Source: Haloarculaceae archaeon (lineage in GTDB: Archaea > Halobacteriota > Halobacteria > Halobacteriales > Haloarculaceae). From it: DNA of 36,677 bases. The notes under the pieces are model-generated. The model worked only from the letters and a program-made list of their open reading frames with translations, did not search any database and was not told where the DNA came from. How positions within the stretch are numbered: the stretch's first letter is position 1; each line of letters starts with the position of its first letter. The stretch is taken from contig JAZKTI010000001.1 of assembly GCA_036625635.1 (NCBI GenBank), positions 1-36,677 on the forward strand, written 5' to 3'. This document shows positions 16,184 through 26,006 of this stretch, in pieces. A program made the position numbers and the translations under genes.

Positions 16184-18253
16184 ATGTCAAGGAACAAGTC
16201 CCTCGCAGAACTGAGTCAGGAGTACAAGGACGCTATCCCCTCGGACCTCCGGGAAACGCACAGCTTCGAGTGGTACCTCGACGAGGTGTACGAGGATCCC
16301 ACGATCGCCCGCTCGGCCCACCAGCGAACGGCCGACATGTTCGACTACTACGGGACCGAGTACGACGAGAAGGCTGGCGTCGTCGAGTACGAACTCGCCT
16401 CGGCGGACCCCCTCGACGACGGCGAGAACACCTTCTACGGGCCCGTCGTCCACGAAGCCATCCACGAGTTCGTCAACAAGGTCAAGTCGGGGGCCAGGGG
16501 CCTCGGGCCGGAGCGGCGGATCCTCCTCCTGCTCGGGCCGGTCGGGTCCGGAAAGTCGGACTTCGACTCTCAGATTCGGCGGTACTTCGAGGACTATACC
16601 CGCCGGGAGGCCGGCCGGATGTACACATTCCGGTGGCGGAACATCTGTGACATCGTGCCCGACCAGGACCCCGCCGACGACGTGGTCCGGTCGCCGATGG
16701 ACCAGGACCCGCTCGTCCTGCTTCCCCAGGAACAACGCGAGCGAGTCCTCGCCGAGATCAACGAAGTGCTCGATGCGCCCTACACCATCCGGAACGAACA
16801 GGCCCTCGATCCGGCCAGCGAGTTCTACATGGACCACTTGCTGGCCCACTACGACGACGACCTCGAGGCCGTCCTCGACAATCACGTCGAGGTGGTCCGA
16901 CTCGTCGCCGACGAGAACCGTCGCCAGGCCGTCGAGACCTTCGAACCGAAGGACAAGAAGAACCAGGACGAGACCGAACTGACCGGCGACGTCAACTACT
17001 CGAAGATCGCCGTCTATGGCGAGTCAGATCCGCGGGCCTTCGACTACGCGGGGGCGTTCTGTAACGCCAACCGCGGCCTGTTCTCCGGCGAGGAACTCCT
17101 GAAGCTCCAGCGGGAGTTCCTCTATGACTTCCTGCACGCCACCCAGGAACAGACGATCAAGCCCAAGAACAACCCCCGGATCGACATCGACCAGGTGATC
17201 GTCGGCCGGACGAACATGCCGGAGTACCGGGACAAGAAGGGCGACGAGAAAATGGAGGCCTTCAACGACCGAACGAAGCGGATCGACTTCCCCTACGTCC
17301 TCTCCTACGAGGACGAGGCCGAGATCTACCGGAAGATGCTCCGGAACGCCGACCTCCCGGACATCCAGGTCGAACCCCACACCCTCGAGATGGCGGGCCT
17401 GTTCGGCGTCCTGACCCGCCTCGAGGTGCCCGACGCCTCGACCGTCGACCTCGTCCAGAAGGCCAAGGCGTACAACGGCGAGGTCGACGCCGCGGAGGAG
17501 GTCGACGTCACGAAACTCGAGGAGGAAGCCGAGGCAAAGGCGGACGTCGGCGAGGGGATGTCGGGCGTGTCGCCGCGGTTCGTCGGCGACGAGATCGCGG
17601 AGGCCATCATGGACTCGATGCACCGCGATCGGGAGTTCCTGTCGCCGCTGACCACGTTCAACCACCTCGAGGAGAACCTCGAGCACCACGGCTCCATCTC
17701 GCCGGATGCCTTCGAGGAGTACTACCGGTACCTGGAGTTGACCCGCGAGGAGTACCGGGAACGCGCGATCGAGGACGTCCGCCACGCGTTGGCTTACGAC
17801 ATCGACGAGATCCAGCGTCAGGGCGAGAAGTACATGGACCACGTCATGGCCTACATCGACGACACGACCGTCGAGGACGAGATTACCGGCCGCGAGCAGG
17901 AGCCCGACGAACAGTTCCTCCGGAGCGTCGAGGAGAAACTCGAGCTCCCAGAGGACCGGAAGGACGACTTCCGCCAGGAGGTCTCGAACTGGGTGTCCCG
18001 ACGCGCCCGGGAGGGCGACACCTTCCACCCCCAGGACAACGACCGGCTCCGGCGGGCTCTCGAGCGGAAACTCTGGGAGGACAAGAAACACAACATCAAC
18101 TTCTCGGCGCTGGTCGCGAGCGGCGAGATGGACGACGACGAGCGCAACCGATGGATCGACGCCCTCGTCGAACAGGGGTACTCCGAGCCGGGCGCGAAGG
18201 AGGTCCTCGAGTTCGCGGGCGCCGAGGTGGCAAAGAGCGAGATGGAGGACTGA
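16184..18253 (+). CDS. prkA: PrkA family serine protein kinase / AAA-type protein
   Basis: The 689-aa ORF has a Walker A motif (LLLLGPVGSGKSD) and overall PrkA/YeaG-like sequence. It is first in a prkA-prkA-DUF444-spoVR cluster. Confidence 0.93.
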   Translation: MSRNKSLAELSQEYKDAIPSDLRETHSFEWYLDEVYEDPTIARSAHQRTADMFDYYGTEYDEKAGVVEYELASADPLDDGENTFYGPVVHEAIHEFVNKVKSGARGLGPERRILLLLGPVGSGKSDFDSQIRRYFEDYTRREAGRMYTFRWRNICDIVPDQDPADDVVRSPMDQDPLVLLPQEQRERVLAEINEVLDAPYTIRNEQALDPASEFYMDHLLAHYDDDLEAVLDNHVEVVRLVADENRRQAVETFEPKDKKNQDETELTGDVNYSKIAVYGESDPRAFDYAGAFCNANRGLFSGEELLKLQREFLYDFLHATQEQTIKPKNNPRIDIDQVIVGRTNMPEYRDKKGDEKMEAFNDRTKRIDFPYVLSYEDEAEIYRKMLRNADLPDIQVEPHTLEMAGLFGVLTRLEVPDASTVDLVQKAKAYNGEVDAAEEVDVTKLEEEAEAKADVGEGMSGVSPRFVGDEIAEAIMDSMHRDREFLSPLTTFNHLEENLEHHGSISPDAFEEYYRYLELTREEYRERAIEDVRHALAYDIDEIQRQGEKYMDHVMAYIDDTTVEDEITGREQEPDEQFLRSVEEKLELPEDRKDDFRQEVSNWVSRRAREGDTFHPQDNDRLRRALERKLWEDKKHNINFSALVASGEMDDDERNRWIDALVEQGYSEPGAKEVLEFAGAEVAKSEMED

Positions 18254-18257
18254 ACCC

Positions 18258-20537
18258 GTGCGGGGTGACCAGTTCGTCTCCGCGGCCGATCGCGCCCTCG
18301 AGAGCACGTACCAGGAGCCGACGAGTCTCGCCGAGTACGTCGAGGAACTGCTGGACGAACCGCGTCGGGCCGCCCAGGCACCGAAGTACCTCCTGGCCGC
18401 CATCGAGGACGCCGGGACCCGGACCGTCATCGAGGAGGGGGAGGAGAAGGAACGATACCGCTTCTTCGACGATCCCGCGAACGAGGGGGAGCACGCGGTC
18501 CTCGGGAACACGGACGTCCTCAACGGCTTCGTGGACGACCTCCGCTCGATCGCGGCCGGCCGGGGCAAGGAGGAGAAGATCGTCTGGCTCGAGGGCCCCA
18601 CTGCGACCGGCAAGTCCGAACTCAAGCGGTGTCTCGTCAACGGGCTCCGGGAGTACTCGAAGACGCCGGCGGGCCGACGGTACACCCTCGAGTGGAACGT
18701 CGCCGGTGCCGGGGAGACCCCGGGGCTTACCTACGCCGACGAGACGCCCCACGACGAGGACGACTGGTACGAGAGCCCGGTCCAGACACACCCCCTGTCG
18801 GTCTTCCCGCCCGCGGTCCGGGCCGATATCGTGGACGCGCTCAACGACCGCCTCGAGGATCACATCCCGCTCCGGCTCGAGACTGACCTGGACCCGTTCT
18901 CGAGGGAGGCCTACGACTACCTCGAGGAGCAATACCGGCGTGAGGGGCGCGAGGACCTCTTCTCGGCGGTGACGGACCCGAAGCACCTCCGGGTGAAGAA
19001 CTTCGTCGTCGACGTCGGAACCGGCATCGGTGTCTTGCACTCCGAGGACGATGGTACGCCCAAGGAACGCCTGGTGGGCTCCTGGATGACGGGAATGCTC
19101 CGGGAACTGGACTCCCGCGGCCGCAAGAACCCGCAGGCCTTTTCCTACGATGGCGTGCTCTCGCAGGGGAACGGCCTCCTGACCGTCGTCGAGGACGCCG
19201 CCCAGCACGCCGACCTGCTCCAGAAGCTGTTGAACGTGCCCGACGAGGGCCGCGTCAAGCTCGACAAGGGCATCGGTATGGCCGTCGACACCCAGCTCGT
19301 CGTCATCTCGAATCCCGACCTCGAACACCAGCTCGACCAGCACGCCGAGCGGGAGGGGTCGGACCCGCTGAAGGCGCTCAAGCGGCGCCTCGACAGGCGG
19401 ACGTTCGGCTATCTCACGAACCTCTCGCTGGAGACGCAGTTGCTCAGGCGCGAACTCACCAACGAGACGGCGGTCTGGGACGGGGACTCCCGGGCGGCCA
19501 TCGAGGAGCGTATCCGGGAACCGCTCCGGTTGCAGGTGCGCGCCGGGGACGACCGGGTTGTCGGGCGGGAACTGGCACCCCACACCCTCGAGGCGGCCGC
19601 CCTGTACGACGTCGTCACCAGGCTGGACGCCAGCGACGTCCCCAGAGAACTCGACCTCGTCGACAAGGCGCTCCTGTTCGATCGGGGATACCTCCAGGAG
19701 GGCGACGAGCGCCGGGATGTCGAGGACTTCGAATTCGACGACGACGCCGTCGACGGCGCCCACGGCATCCCGGTGACCTACACCCGGGACGTGCTCGCCG
19801 ACCTCCTCCAGGAATCCTCCGATCGATTCCACGAGGACCTCCCAGTCGAGGACGTCATCATGCCTGGAGGCGTTCTCCGGGCGATGGCGGACCGGCTCGG
19901 GGACGCTCCGGTCTTTTCGAACACCGAGGCCACCGAGTTCGCCGACCGGGTCGCGATCGTCCGCGAACACGTCTTCGAACGGCAGGAGGGGGACGTCCTG
20001 AACGCCGTCATGGCCGAGAAGGCGGTCGACGACGAGACCGTCGAGGAGTACGTCGAGCACGTCTACGCCTGGGACGCGGAGGAGACGCTGGCGAACGAGC
20101 GGGGCGAACAGGTCGAGCCCGACCCGCTCAAGATGAAAGTGTTCGAGATCGAACACCTCGGTCGGTTCGACGCCGACGACTACGAGGGAGCCGAGCCAAC
20201 GGACCCCGTCGTCCGGTTCCGAACGGGGAAGGTCATCACGGCACTCAACAGACACGCCTGGACCAACCGGGACGAGGAGTTCCGCGTCGCGGACGTCGAC
20301 CCGAGCGCGATCCCGGTGATCGAGGCGGTGCTCGGGAGCCACGACTGGACGGCCGTCGAGCGGACCTTCGAGGATCTCGACCCACACCAGTGGGCCAACC
20401 CGCCCCACGAAACGGAGACGGCCCGGGTCAAGGCGGACACGGTCGCCGCCATGCAGGAGACCTTCGGCTACAGCGCGGCGGCGGCGGAACTGACGAGCCG
20501 CCGCGTGATGGCGGAGGTGAGCGAGCGATGGGACTGA
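18258..20537 (+). CDS. PrkA family protein, second paralogue
   Basis: The 759-aa ORF starts at GTG 18258, 4 nt after the prkA stop. It has a Walker A motif ([11 protein letters not shown]). Confidence 0.9.
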   Translation: MRGDQFVSAADRALESTYQEPTSLAEYVEELLDEPRRAAQAPKYLLAAIEDAGTRTVIEEGEEKERYRFFDDPANEGEHAVLGNTDVLNGFVDDLRSIAAGRGKEEKIVWLEGPTATGKSELKRCLVNGLREYSKTPAGRRYTLEWNVAGAGETPGLTYADETPHDEDDWYESPVQTHPLSVFPPAVRADIVDALNDRLEDHIPLRLETDLDPFSREAYDYLEEQYRREGREDLFSAVTDPKHLRVKNFVVDVGTGIGVLHSEDDGTPKERLVGSWMTGMLRELDSRGRKNPQAFSYDGVLSQGNGLLTVVEDAAQHADLLQKLLNVPDEGRVKLDKGIGMAVDTQLVVISNPDLEHQLDQHAEREGSDPLKALKRRLDRRTFGYLTNLSLETQLLRRELTNETAVWDGDSRAAIEERIREPLRLQVRAGDDRVVGRELAPHTLEAAALYDVVTRLDASDVPRELDLVDKALLFDRGYLQEGDERRDVEDFEFDDDAVDGAHGIPVTYTRDVLADLLQESSDRFHEDLPVEDVIMPGGVLRAMADRLGDAPVFSNTEATEFADRVAIVREHVFERQEGDVLNAVMAEKAVDDETVEEYVEHVYAWDAEETLANERGEQVEPDPLKMKVFEIEHLGRFDADDYEGAEPTDPVVRFRTGKVITALNRHAWTNRDEEFRVADVDPSAIPVIEAVLGSHDWTAVERTFEDLDPHQWANPPHETETARVKADTVAAMQETFGYSAAAAELTSRRVMAEVSERWD

Positions 20538-20596
20538 ACGCGATGGCGGGCGGGTCGAGCACGACCGAAACCGGGGTGAGCGAGCGATGGGACTGA
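20516..20596. repeat. direct duplication of the 22-nt gene junction GGTGAGCGAGCGATGGGACTGA (copies 20516-20537 and 20575-20596)
   Basis: Read directly from the sequence. Copy 1 ends with the TGA stop of the second prkA. Copy 2 contains the ATG (20587) of the DUF444 gene. Confidence 0.85.
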
Positions 20597-21918
20597 GAGA
20601 CGACCTCGACCGGTATCGGGAGGTCGGCGAGCGGCGCCGCCAGGACCTCGCGGAGTTCATCCAGTACGGGGATCTCGGGGGGAGCCGGCCCGACGCGGTC
20701 CGGATTCCGATCAAGATCGTCGATCTCCCCGCCTTCGAGTACGACCAGCGCGACATGGGCGGGATCGGCCAGGGTGAGGACCCAGAGCCCGGCGACCCGG
20801 TCGACGCCCAGCCACAGCCGGGCGACGGCGAGGACGATGGCGAGCCAGGCGAGGAGGGGAGCGACCACGAGTACTACGAGATGGACCCAGAGGAGTTCGC
20901 GGCGGAACTCGACGAGGAACTCGGCCTCGACCTCGAGCCCAAGGGCAAGACGGTCGTCGAGGAGACCGAGGGGGAGTACACAGACGTCACGCGCACCGGC
21001 CCCACCAGCACACTCGACTTCGAGCGGCTGTTCAAGGCGGGCCTGAAGCGCAAACTCGCGATGGACTTCGACCGCGACTACGTCCGGGCGGCCCTCAAAG
21101 TCGATGGCATGGGCCCCGACGAGGTATTCGAGTGGGCCCGTAACCAGAACGTGCCGGTCTCGCGCCCCTGGCTCGCGGAGGCCGACGAGGAACTTTCGCC
21201 GGCCGAGCGATCCACCTACGGCAGCCTGTCGGAGATGGAGGAGAGCGTCGAGCGGACGCCCCCAGCGGCTCGCCTCCGCGGGGAGGGCGTCGATCAGGTT
21301 CCGTTCCGCCGGGAGGACGAGCGGTACCGCTATCCCGAGGTGGTCCGGGAACCCGAGAAGAACGTCGTCGTGGTCAACATCCGGGACGTCTCGGGATCGA
21401 TGCGCCAGCGGAAGCGGGAACTCGTCGAGCGGACCTTCACGCCGCTGGACTGGTACCTCCAGGGCAAGTACGACAACGCGGAGTTCTGCTACGTCGCCCA
21501 CGACGCGGACGCGTGGACGGTCGACCGCGAGGAGTTCTTCGGCATCCGATCGGGCGGGGGCACGCGCATCTCCGCCGCCTACGAACTCGCCGCGGACCTC
21601 CTCGAGGACTACCCCTGGAGCGAGTGGAACCGGTACGTCTTCGCCGCGGGCGACTCTGAGAACTCCTCGAACGATACCGAGGAGAACGTGATTCCGCTGA
21701 TGGCGGAGATCGACGCGAACCTGCACGCCTACGTGGAGACCCAGCCCAGCGGCAACGCGATCAACGCGACCCACGCCGAGGAGGTCCAGCGTCAGTTTCG
21801 TGGTGAGGACGACGTGGCCGTCGCCTACGTCTCGAGTCCCTCGGACATAACCGACGCCATCTACGAGATCCTCAGCACGGAGGGCGAGCAAACGCCGCCC
21901 GCGGAGGTGTCGGGATGA
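20587..21918 (+). CDS. YeaH/YhbH family protein (DUF444, vWA-like)
   Basis: The 443-aa ORF has an acidic insert and a MIDAS-like [12 protein letters not shown] motif. It sits in the canonical position after prkA. Confidence 0.9.
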   Translation: MGLRDDLDRYREVGERRRQDLAEFIQYGDLGGSRPDAVRIPIKIVDLPAFEYDQRDMGGIGQGEDPEPGDPVDAQPQPGDGEDDGEPGEEGSDHEYYEMDPEEFAAELDEELGLDLEPKGKTVVEETEGEYTDVTRTGPTSTLDFERLFKAGLKRKLAMDFDRDYVRAALKVDGMGPDEVFEWARNQNVPVSRPWLAEADEELSPAERSTYGSLSEMEESVERTPPAARLRGEGVDQVPFRREDERYRYPEVVREPEKNVVVVNIRDVSGSMRQRKRELVERTFTPLDWYLQGKYDNAEFCYVAHDADAWTVDREEFFGIRSGGGTRISAAYELAADLLEDYPWSEWNRYVFAAGDSENSSNDTEENVIPLMAEIDANLHAYVETQPSGNAINATHAEEVQRQFRGEDDVAVAYVSSPSDITDAIYEILSTEGEQTPPAEVSG

Positions 21919-24140
21919 CGCCGACCGACCGCATCGAGAAACAGCGGACCGCCGAGACCCTCGAAGAGCCGGTCGGAGAGGCCGCCGCTCTCGCCCGGAA
22001 GCTCGGGCTGTCGCCGTACCCGGTGAACTACTGGATCGTCGACTACGACGAGATGAACGAGCTGATCGCCTACGGCGGCTTTCAGGACCGGTACCCGCAC
22101 TGGCGCTGGGGCATGGCTTACGACCGTCAGCGCAAGCAGGGCCAGTTCCTCGGCGGGAAAGCCTTCGAGATCGTCAACAACGACGACCCCGCCCACGCCT
22201 TCCTCCAGGTGTCGAACTCGCTGGCTGACCAGAAGGCGGTCATCACCCACGTCGAGGCCCACGCCGACTTCTTCGCCAACAACGAGTGGTTCGGCCTGTT
22301 CGCCGACCGCGGCGACCGATCTCTCGCAGCCGGTGCCGGCGCGACCGGCGAACGCGGCCCGCCAAATCGAGGGAGTGGTGCCGAATCGCAGCGCGACGGG
22401 CGAACGGGCGGTCGGCGTGACGGTCCCACGGCGAGTGCCCAGGAAGAGGCAAAGGACTCTCCCGCAGACCACGCCGCGATGCCCTGGGACGAGGGTCCCG
22501 GGCAGGCCGACCCGCAGGTCGCGACCAGCGGCTCGCGCGGGCCCAACGCCGCTGCGATGCTGGCGAGACACGCGGACACCATCGGCGAGTACCTCCGGGA
22601 CCCGGAGATCGACCGTGCGGCGGTCGAGAAGTGGATCGACAACGCGCTCTGTCTCGAGGACAACGTCGACCAGCACCGGCCCTACGTCCCGGTCACGACC
22701 GGCCGGCGAGACGACGACCCGGAGTTCGAGGACCTGGGCGAACAACTCGACGACCTCGATGTCTCCGAGGAGGTCCGCGACCAGGTCTTTACCGAGGAGT
22801 GGCTCGACGCCCAGGCCGACGACGAGGACGGCGTCGCCTTCCCCCCCGAGCCCGAGACGGACGTCCTCGGCTTCCTCCGGGCCCACGGGAAGCAGTACGA
22901 CGAGGAGACAGAACGGGCACGGGAAATGACCGACTGGCAGAAGGACGTCCTCGAAATCCTCCGGCGGGAGGCCTACTACTTCGCGCCCCAGAAGATGACC
23001 AAGGTCATGAACGAGGGGTGGGCGGCCTATCACGAGTCCCTCATGATGACCGGCGAGGGCTTCGCGGGTACCGACGAGTTCGTCACCTACGCCGAGCACA
23101 TGGCCAGGGTGCTGGGCTCGGGCGGGCTGAATCCCTATGCGCTGGGGATGGAACTCTGGGAGTACGTCGAGAGCGCGGCGAACCGACGACACGTCGTCGA
23201 GTTGCTCCTCCGCGTCGACGGCGTCACCCCACAGAACTTCCACGACCTCGTCGACTTCCATCAGGTCCAGGAGCGCCTCGCTCCCGACGACGCCGTGGCG
23301 AGCGTCGACCCGGACTGGCTCGAGGGGTTCGATCCCGAAGACCCGCGGATCGACGCCGAGGGACTCGCTGCCGCAAAGGCCGGCGAGGTTGACGTCTCGA
23401 GGGACCCCTGGAAGGTCCTCACCTACGAGGGGCTGGCCGAACGCCACTACTCCCTGGCCCGCCCGCAGTTCCGCGGGTTCCTGGCACGCGTGGGCGGCGA
23501 GGAACTCGGCTCAGTGTGGCGGTACCTCTTCGACGACGCGAAGTACACCGACGTCGACGAGGCCCTCGACGATATCGACTATACGGTCGGCTGGGACCGG
23601 ATGCGCGAGGTCCGCGAGAGTCACAACGACGTGACCTTCCTCGACGAGTTCCTGACCCGGGAGTTCGTCGAGGACAACGACTACTTCACCTACGAGTGGG
23701 TGCGTTCCTCGGAGGACCACCGCGTCACCTCCACGGATCACGAGGACGTCAAGCGGAAACTCCTGTTGCAGTTCACCAACTTCGGCAAGCCCACGGTGGT
23801 CGTCGCCGACGGCAACTTCGAGAACCGAAACGAACTCCTGCTGGAACACCGCTACAACGGCGTCCAGCTCGACCTCGAGCAAGCCAAGAACACCCTCGAG
23901 CGCGTCTTCGAACTCTGGGGCCGTCCCGTCGTCCTCCGGACGATCGTGAAGTCCTACGACGAACACGACGTGGAGGTGGCCCGGCGGCGGGACAGCGAAC
24001 CGGCGGCCGAGGAGACGGGCCGACAGATCCGCTACGACGGGATGAGCTTCGAGGAGACCGAGCTGCGCTGGCGCGAGGTCGACCACCTCGCCGCCGAGGA
24101 CGTCGACTACGACACCAAGCCCGAAGAGTGGCTGGCCTGA
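21915..24140 (+). CDS. spoVR: SpoVR family protein
   Basis: The 741-aa ORF overlaps the previous stop by 4 nt. It has the motifs [12 protein letters not shown] and [13 protein letters not shown]. Confidence 0.9.
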   Translation: MTPTDRIEKQRTAETLEEPVGEAAALARKLGLSPYPVNYWIVDYDEMNELIAYGGFQDRYPHWRWGMAYDRQRKQGQFLGGKAFEIVNNDDPAHAFLQVSNSLADQKAVITHVEAHADFFANNEWFGLFADRGDRSLAAGAGATGERGPPNRGSGAESQRDGRTGGRRDGPTASAQEEAKDSPADHAAMPWDEGPGQADPQVATSGSRGPNAAAMLARHADTIGEYLRDPEIDRAAVEKWIDNALCLEDNVDQHRPYVPVTTGRRDDDPEFEDLGEQLDDLDVSEEVRDQVFTEEWLDAQADDEDGVAFPPEPETDVLGFLRAHGKQYDEETERAREMTDWQKDVLEILRREAYYFAPQKMTKVMNEGWAAYHESLMMTGEGFAGTDEFVTYAEHMARVLGSGGLNPYALGMELWEYVESAANRRHVVELLLRVDGVTPQNFHDLVDFHQVQERLAPDDAVASVDPDWLEGFDPEDPRIDAEGLAAAKAGEVDVSRDPWKVLTYEGLAERHYSLARPQFRGFLARVGGEELGSVWRYLFDDAKYTDVDEALDDIDYTVGWDRMREVRESHNDVTFLDEFLTREFVEDNDYFTYEWVRSSEDHRVTSTDHEDVKRKLLLQFTNFGKPTVVVADGNFENRNELLLEHRYNGVQLDLEQAKNTLERVFELWGRPVVLRTIVKSYDEHDVEVARRRDSEPAAEETGRQIRYDGMSFEETELRWREVDHLAAEDVDYDTKPEEWLA

Positions 24141-24330
24141 GATCCACGCGACGAGCGTGTGGATCTACCCGGACTCGAGTGGATCAGCCATCGGCGACGA
24201 TCACCCCCACGGGTCCACCCGCCGACCGGACGGACTCGTCCGGCCACGATCGGTCGAGGAGCCGGAGACAGAAGAGTGCAACCGTCGGAATAGTGGGAGG
24301 CTTCAAACCGGCTGCGGCCGAAGGTCGCCC

Positions 24331-24717
24331 ATGACCACGCAGACGGTCTCCGTCCGGACCGACAGGCGGCTGCAGGTCCTCGACGTCACCGACCAGGTAG
24401 GCGACGCCGTCCCCGAGGACGCCGATGGTACCGTGACGGTCTTCAGCCAGCACACCACCGCGGCGGTGATCGTCAACGAGGCCGAGTCCCGCCTGCTCGA
24501 GGACGTCGAGGAATTCCTCGCGACCCTCGTGCCAGAGGAGGGGTGGGCCCACGACGAGGTCGACGACAACGCAGACTCTCACCTCCGGGCGAGTCTCCTC
24601 GGCCCCAGCGAGACCCTCCCCGTCGTCGACGGCGGCCTCCAGCTGGGCACCTGGCAGTCCGTCCTCCTCGTCGAGTGCGACGGCCCCCGGTCGCGGGTCC
24701 TCGCAGTCGCTCACTGA
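24331..24717 (+). CDS. YjbQ/UPF0047 family protein (secondary thiamine-phosphate synthase-like)
   Basis: ATG at 24331 inside ORF 24157..24717. It has the motifs TVFSQHTTAAVIVNEAE and DDNADSHLRASLLGPS. Confidence 0.85.
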   Translation: MTTQTVSVRTDRRLQVLDVTDQVGDAVPEDADGTVTVFSQHTTAAVIVNEAESRLLEDVEEFLATLVPEEGWAHDEVDDNADSHLRASLLGPSETLPVVDGGLQLGTWQSVLLVECDGPRSRVLAVAH

Positions 24718-24931
24718 GGCTGTTCTCGGCCCCTCGCGGTCGCTCACTGAATCTCCTCTCGGCCCCTCGCAGTCGCTCACTGAGGCTGTTCTCGGCCCCT
24801 CGCGGTCGCTCACTGAATCTCCTCTCGGCCCCTCGCAGTCGCTCACTGAATCTCCTCTCGGCCCCTCGCAGTCGCTCACTGAGGCTGTTCTCGGGCGCTC
24901 GTTGTCACTCACTGAGGTCGTTCTCGTCGGA
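24701..24931. repeat. tandem repeat, 33-nt unit, 7 copies with two alternating unit variants
   Basis: Units start at 24701, 24734, 24767, 24800, 24833, 24866 and 24899. The constant part is TCGC(A/G)GTCGCTCACTGA...TCGGCCCC. An 8-nt box is either GGCTGTTC or ATCTCCTC. Copy 1 overlaps the last five codons and the stop of the YjbQ-family gene. Confidence 0.93.
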
Positions 24932-25007
24932 CACGTCCCTGGGCCGCCACTGGACGGGCCCGGCCGTCGGCACCTGATGCCTTCGGGACACGATGCAGGC
25001 GGTACCC

Positions 25008-25595
25008 TCAGAGGTCGTTTTCGACGCCTCGCCAGAGGTATAGACTGGCGTAGCTCCGGTAGGGAGTCCACTCGCTGGCGCGCTCGCGCATTGCTGCTCG
25101 GCCGAGATCCTCGTCGACAAACCGCCACATGCCCTTGCGGATGCCGAGGTCTTCGACGGGGAAGACGTCCTCGCGGCCGAGACAGAACATGAGGAACATC
25201 TTCGCGGTCCAGTCGCCTACGCCGTGGATGTCAGTCAGCTCTGATACGACCGCCTCGTCGCTGAGGGCCTCGAAGTACGAGCGGTCGTAGCCGCGCTCCT
25301 GCCAGACCGTCGCGATCGCCTTCGCGTAGTCGGTCTTGGCTTCGGAGAGTCCCGCCTCGCGGAGCGTGGTTCGGTCCGCCGCCAGAATGGCCGCGGGCGT
25401 GACCTCGATGGCATCGGCGAGGCGTTCGTTGATCGCCGCCGCTGCCGCCATCGACACCTGCTGGCGGACGATCGCTGTCAGGAACCGCTCGAATGGATCC
25501 TCGGCCGGTTCGAGCGTCACCGGACCCAGCTGCTCAACCACGGGAGCGAGGTCGGGGTCCTCGCGGATCAGCGCGATGCTGTCGGTCTGACCCAT
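25008..25595 (-). CDS. HhH-GPD superfamily DNA glycosylase (DNA-3-methyladenine glycosylase II-like)
   Basis: ATG at 25595 inside ORF 25008..25943. It has the helix-hairpin-helix region LTDIHGVGDWTAKMFLMF and a downstream Asp. The length (195 aa) is typical of short archaeal AlkA-like proteins. Confidence 0.85.
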   Translation of the reverse strand: MGQTDSIALIREDPDLAPVVEQLGPVTLEPAEDPFERFLTAIVRQQVSMAAAAAINERLADAIEVTPAAILAADRTTLREAGLSEAKTDYAKAIATVWQERGYDRSYFEALSDEAVVSELTDIHGVGDWTAKMFLMFCLGREDVFPVEDLGIRKGMWRFVDEDLGRAAMRERASEWTPYRSYASLYLWRGVENDL

Positions 25596-26006
25596 CACCT
25601 GAACTCCGGGGGGCCGATCACGTAAGGCCGTCGGCGGGTATCGGGGTGACCGTCGACCCACAGGGAGCACGGTTTCCCGACCACCCAGCGAGTCCGGCAC
25701 ATCCCGACCGTGATCACATGCATACCGGCCGGTCGCGGTGTGGGAAGAGGGCCGCGATGCGTACCGCGGCCGCGCACACGGAAGGAGTGAGCCGTCGGAG
25801 TGGACGGCCCGAGGTGAGTCCCCAGCGCCGGGTGACAACGGCAATGCCCTGGCGTCCCCGGCACTACAAACTTGCCGGTGAGAAGGGGTGGCCCTTGTCC
25901 CATAGCACAATGGGTCTTTATGTCGGGGCGGGAATCCGGTCACAACTACGAGATCGTGGTGGGGAGGACCCGGTCGAGGACCACAGCCCCGCCGTGGGGC
26001 AACGGC

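Noticed and set aside
17024-23447. Very long reverse-strand ORFs antisense to the prkA-spoVR cluster (17024..18685, 18096..20756, 20428..21891, 21861..23447). Similar ones lie elsewhere (6390..7796, 25918..28584, 31874..34333).
   Set aside because: Their translations are dominated by Arg/Gly/Pro/Val/Leu runs with no motifs. They lie exactly antisense to ORFs with clear family signatures. This is the classic stop-codon-poor shadow ORF of GC-rich genomes.
24701-24931. Possibility that the 33-nt array is a CRISPR array.
   Set aside because: There are no unique spacers. The variable part is only 8 nt and has just two states. Units are directly abutting, and no cas genes or leader are nearby.
24184-25128. 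314-aa reverse-strand ORF with a striking peptide repeat (SVSDCEGPRGD / SVSDREGPRTA).
   Set aside because: The repeat is simply the translation of the 33-nt DNA tandem array. The ORF runs antisense through the YjbQ-family gene and into the glycosylase gene region, and has no start context.
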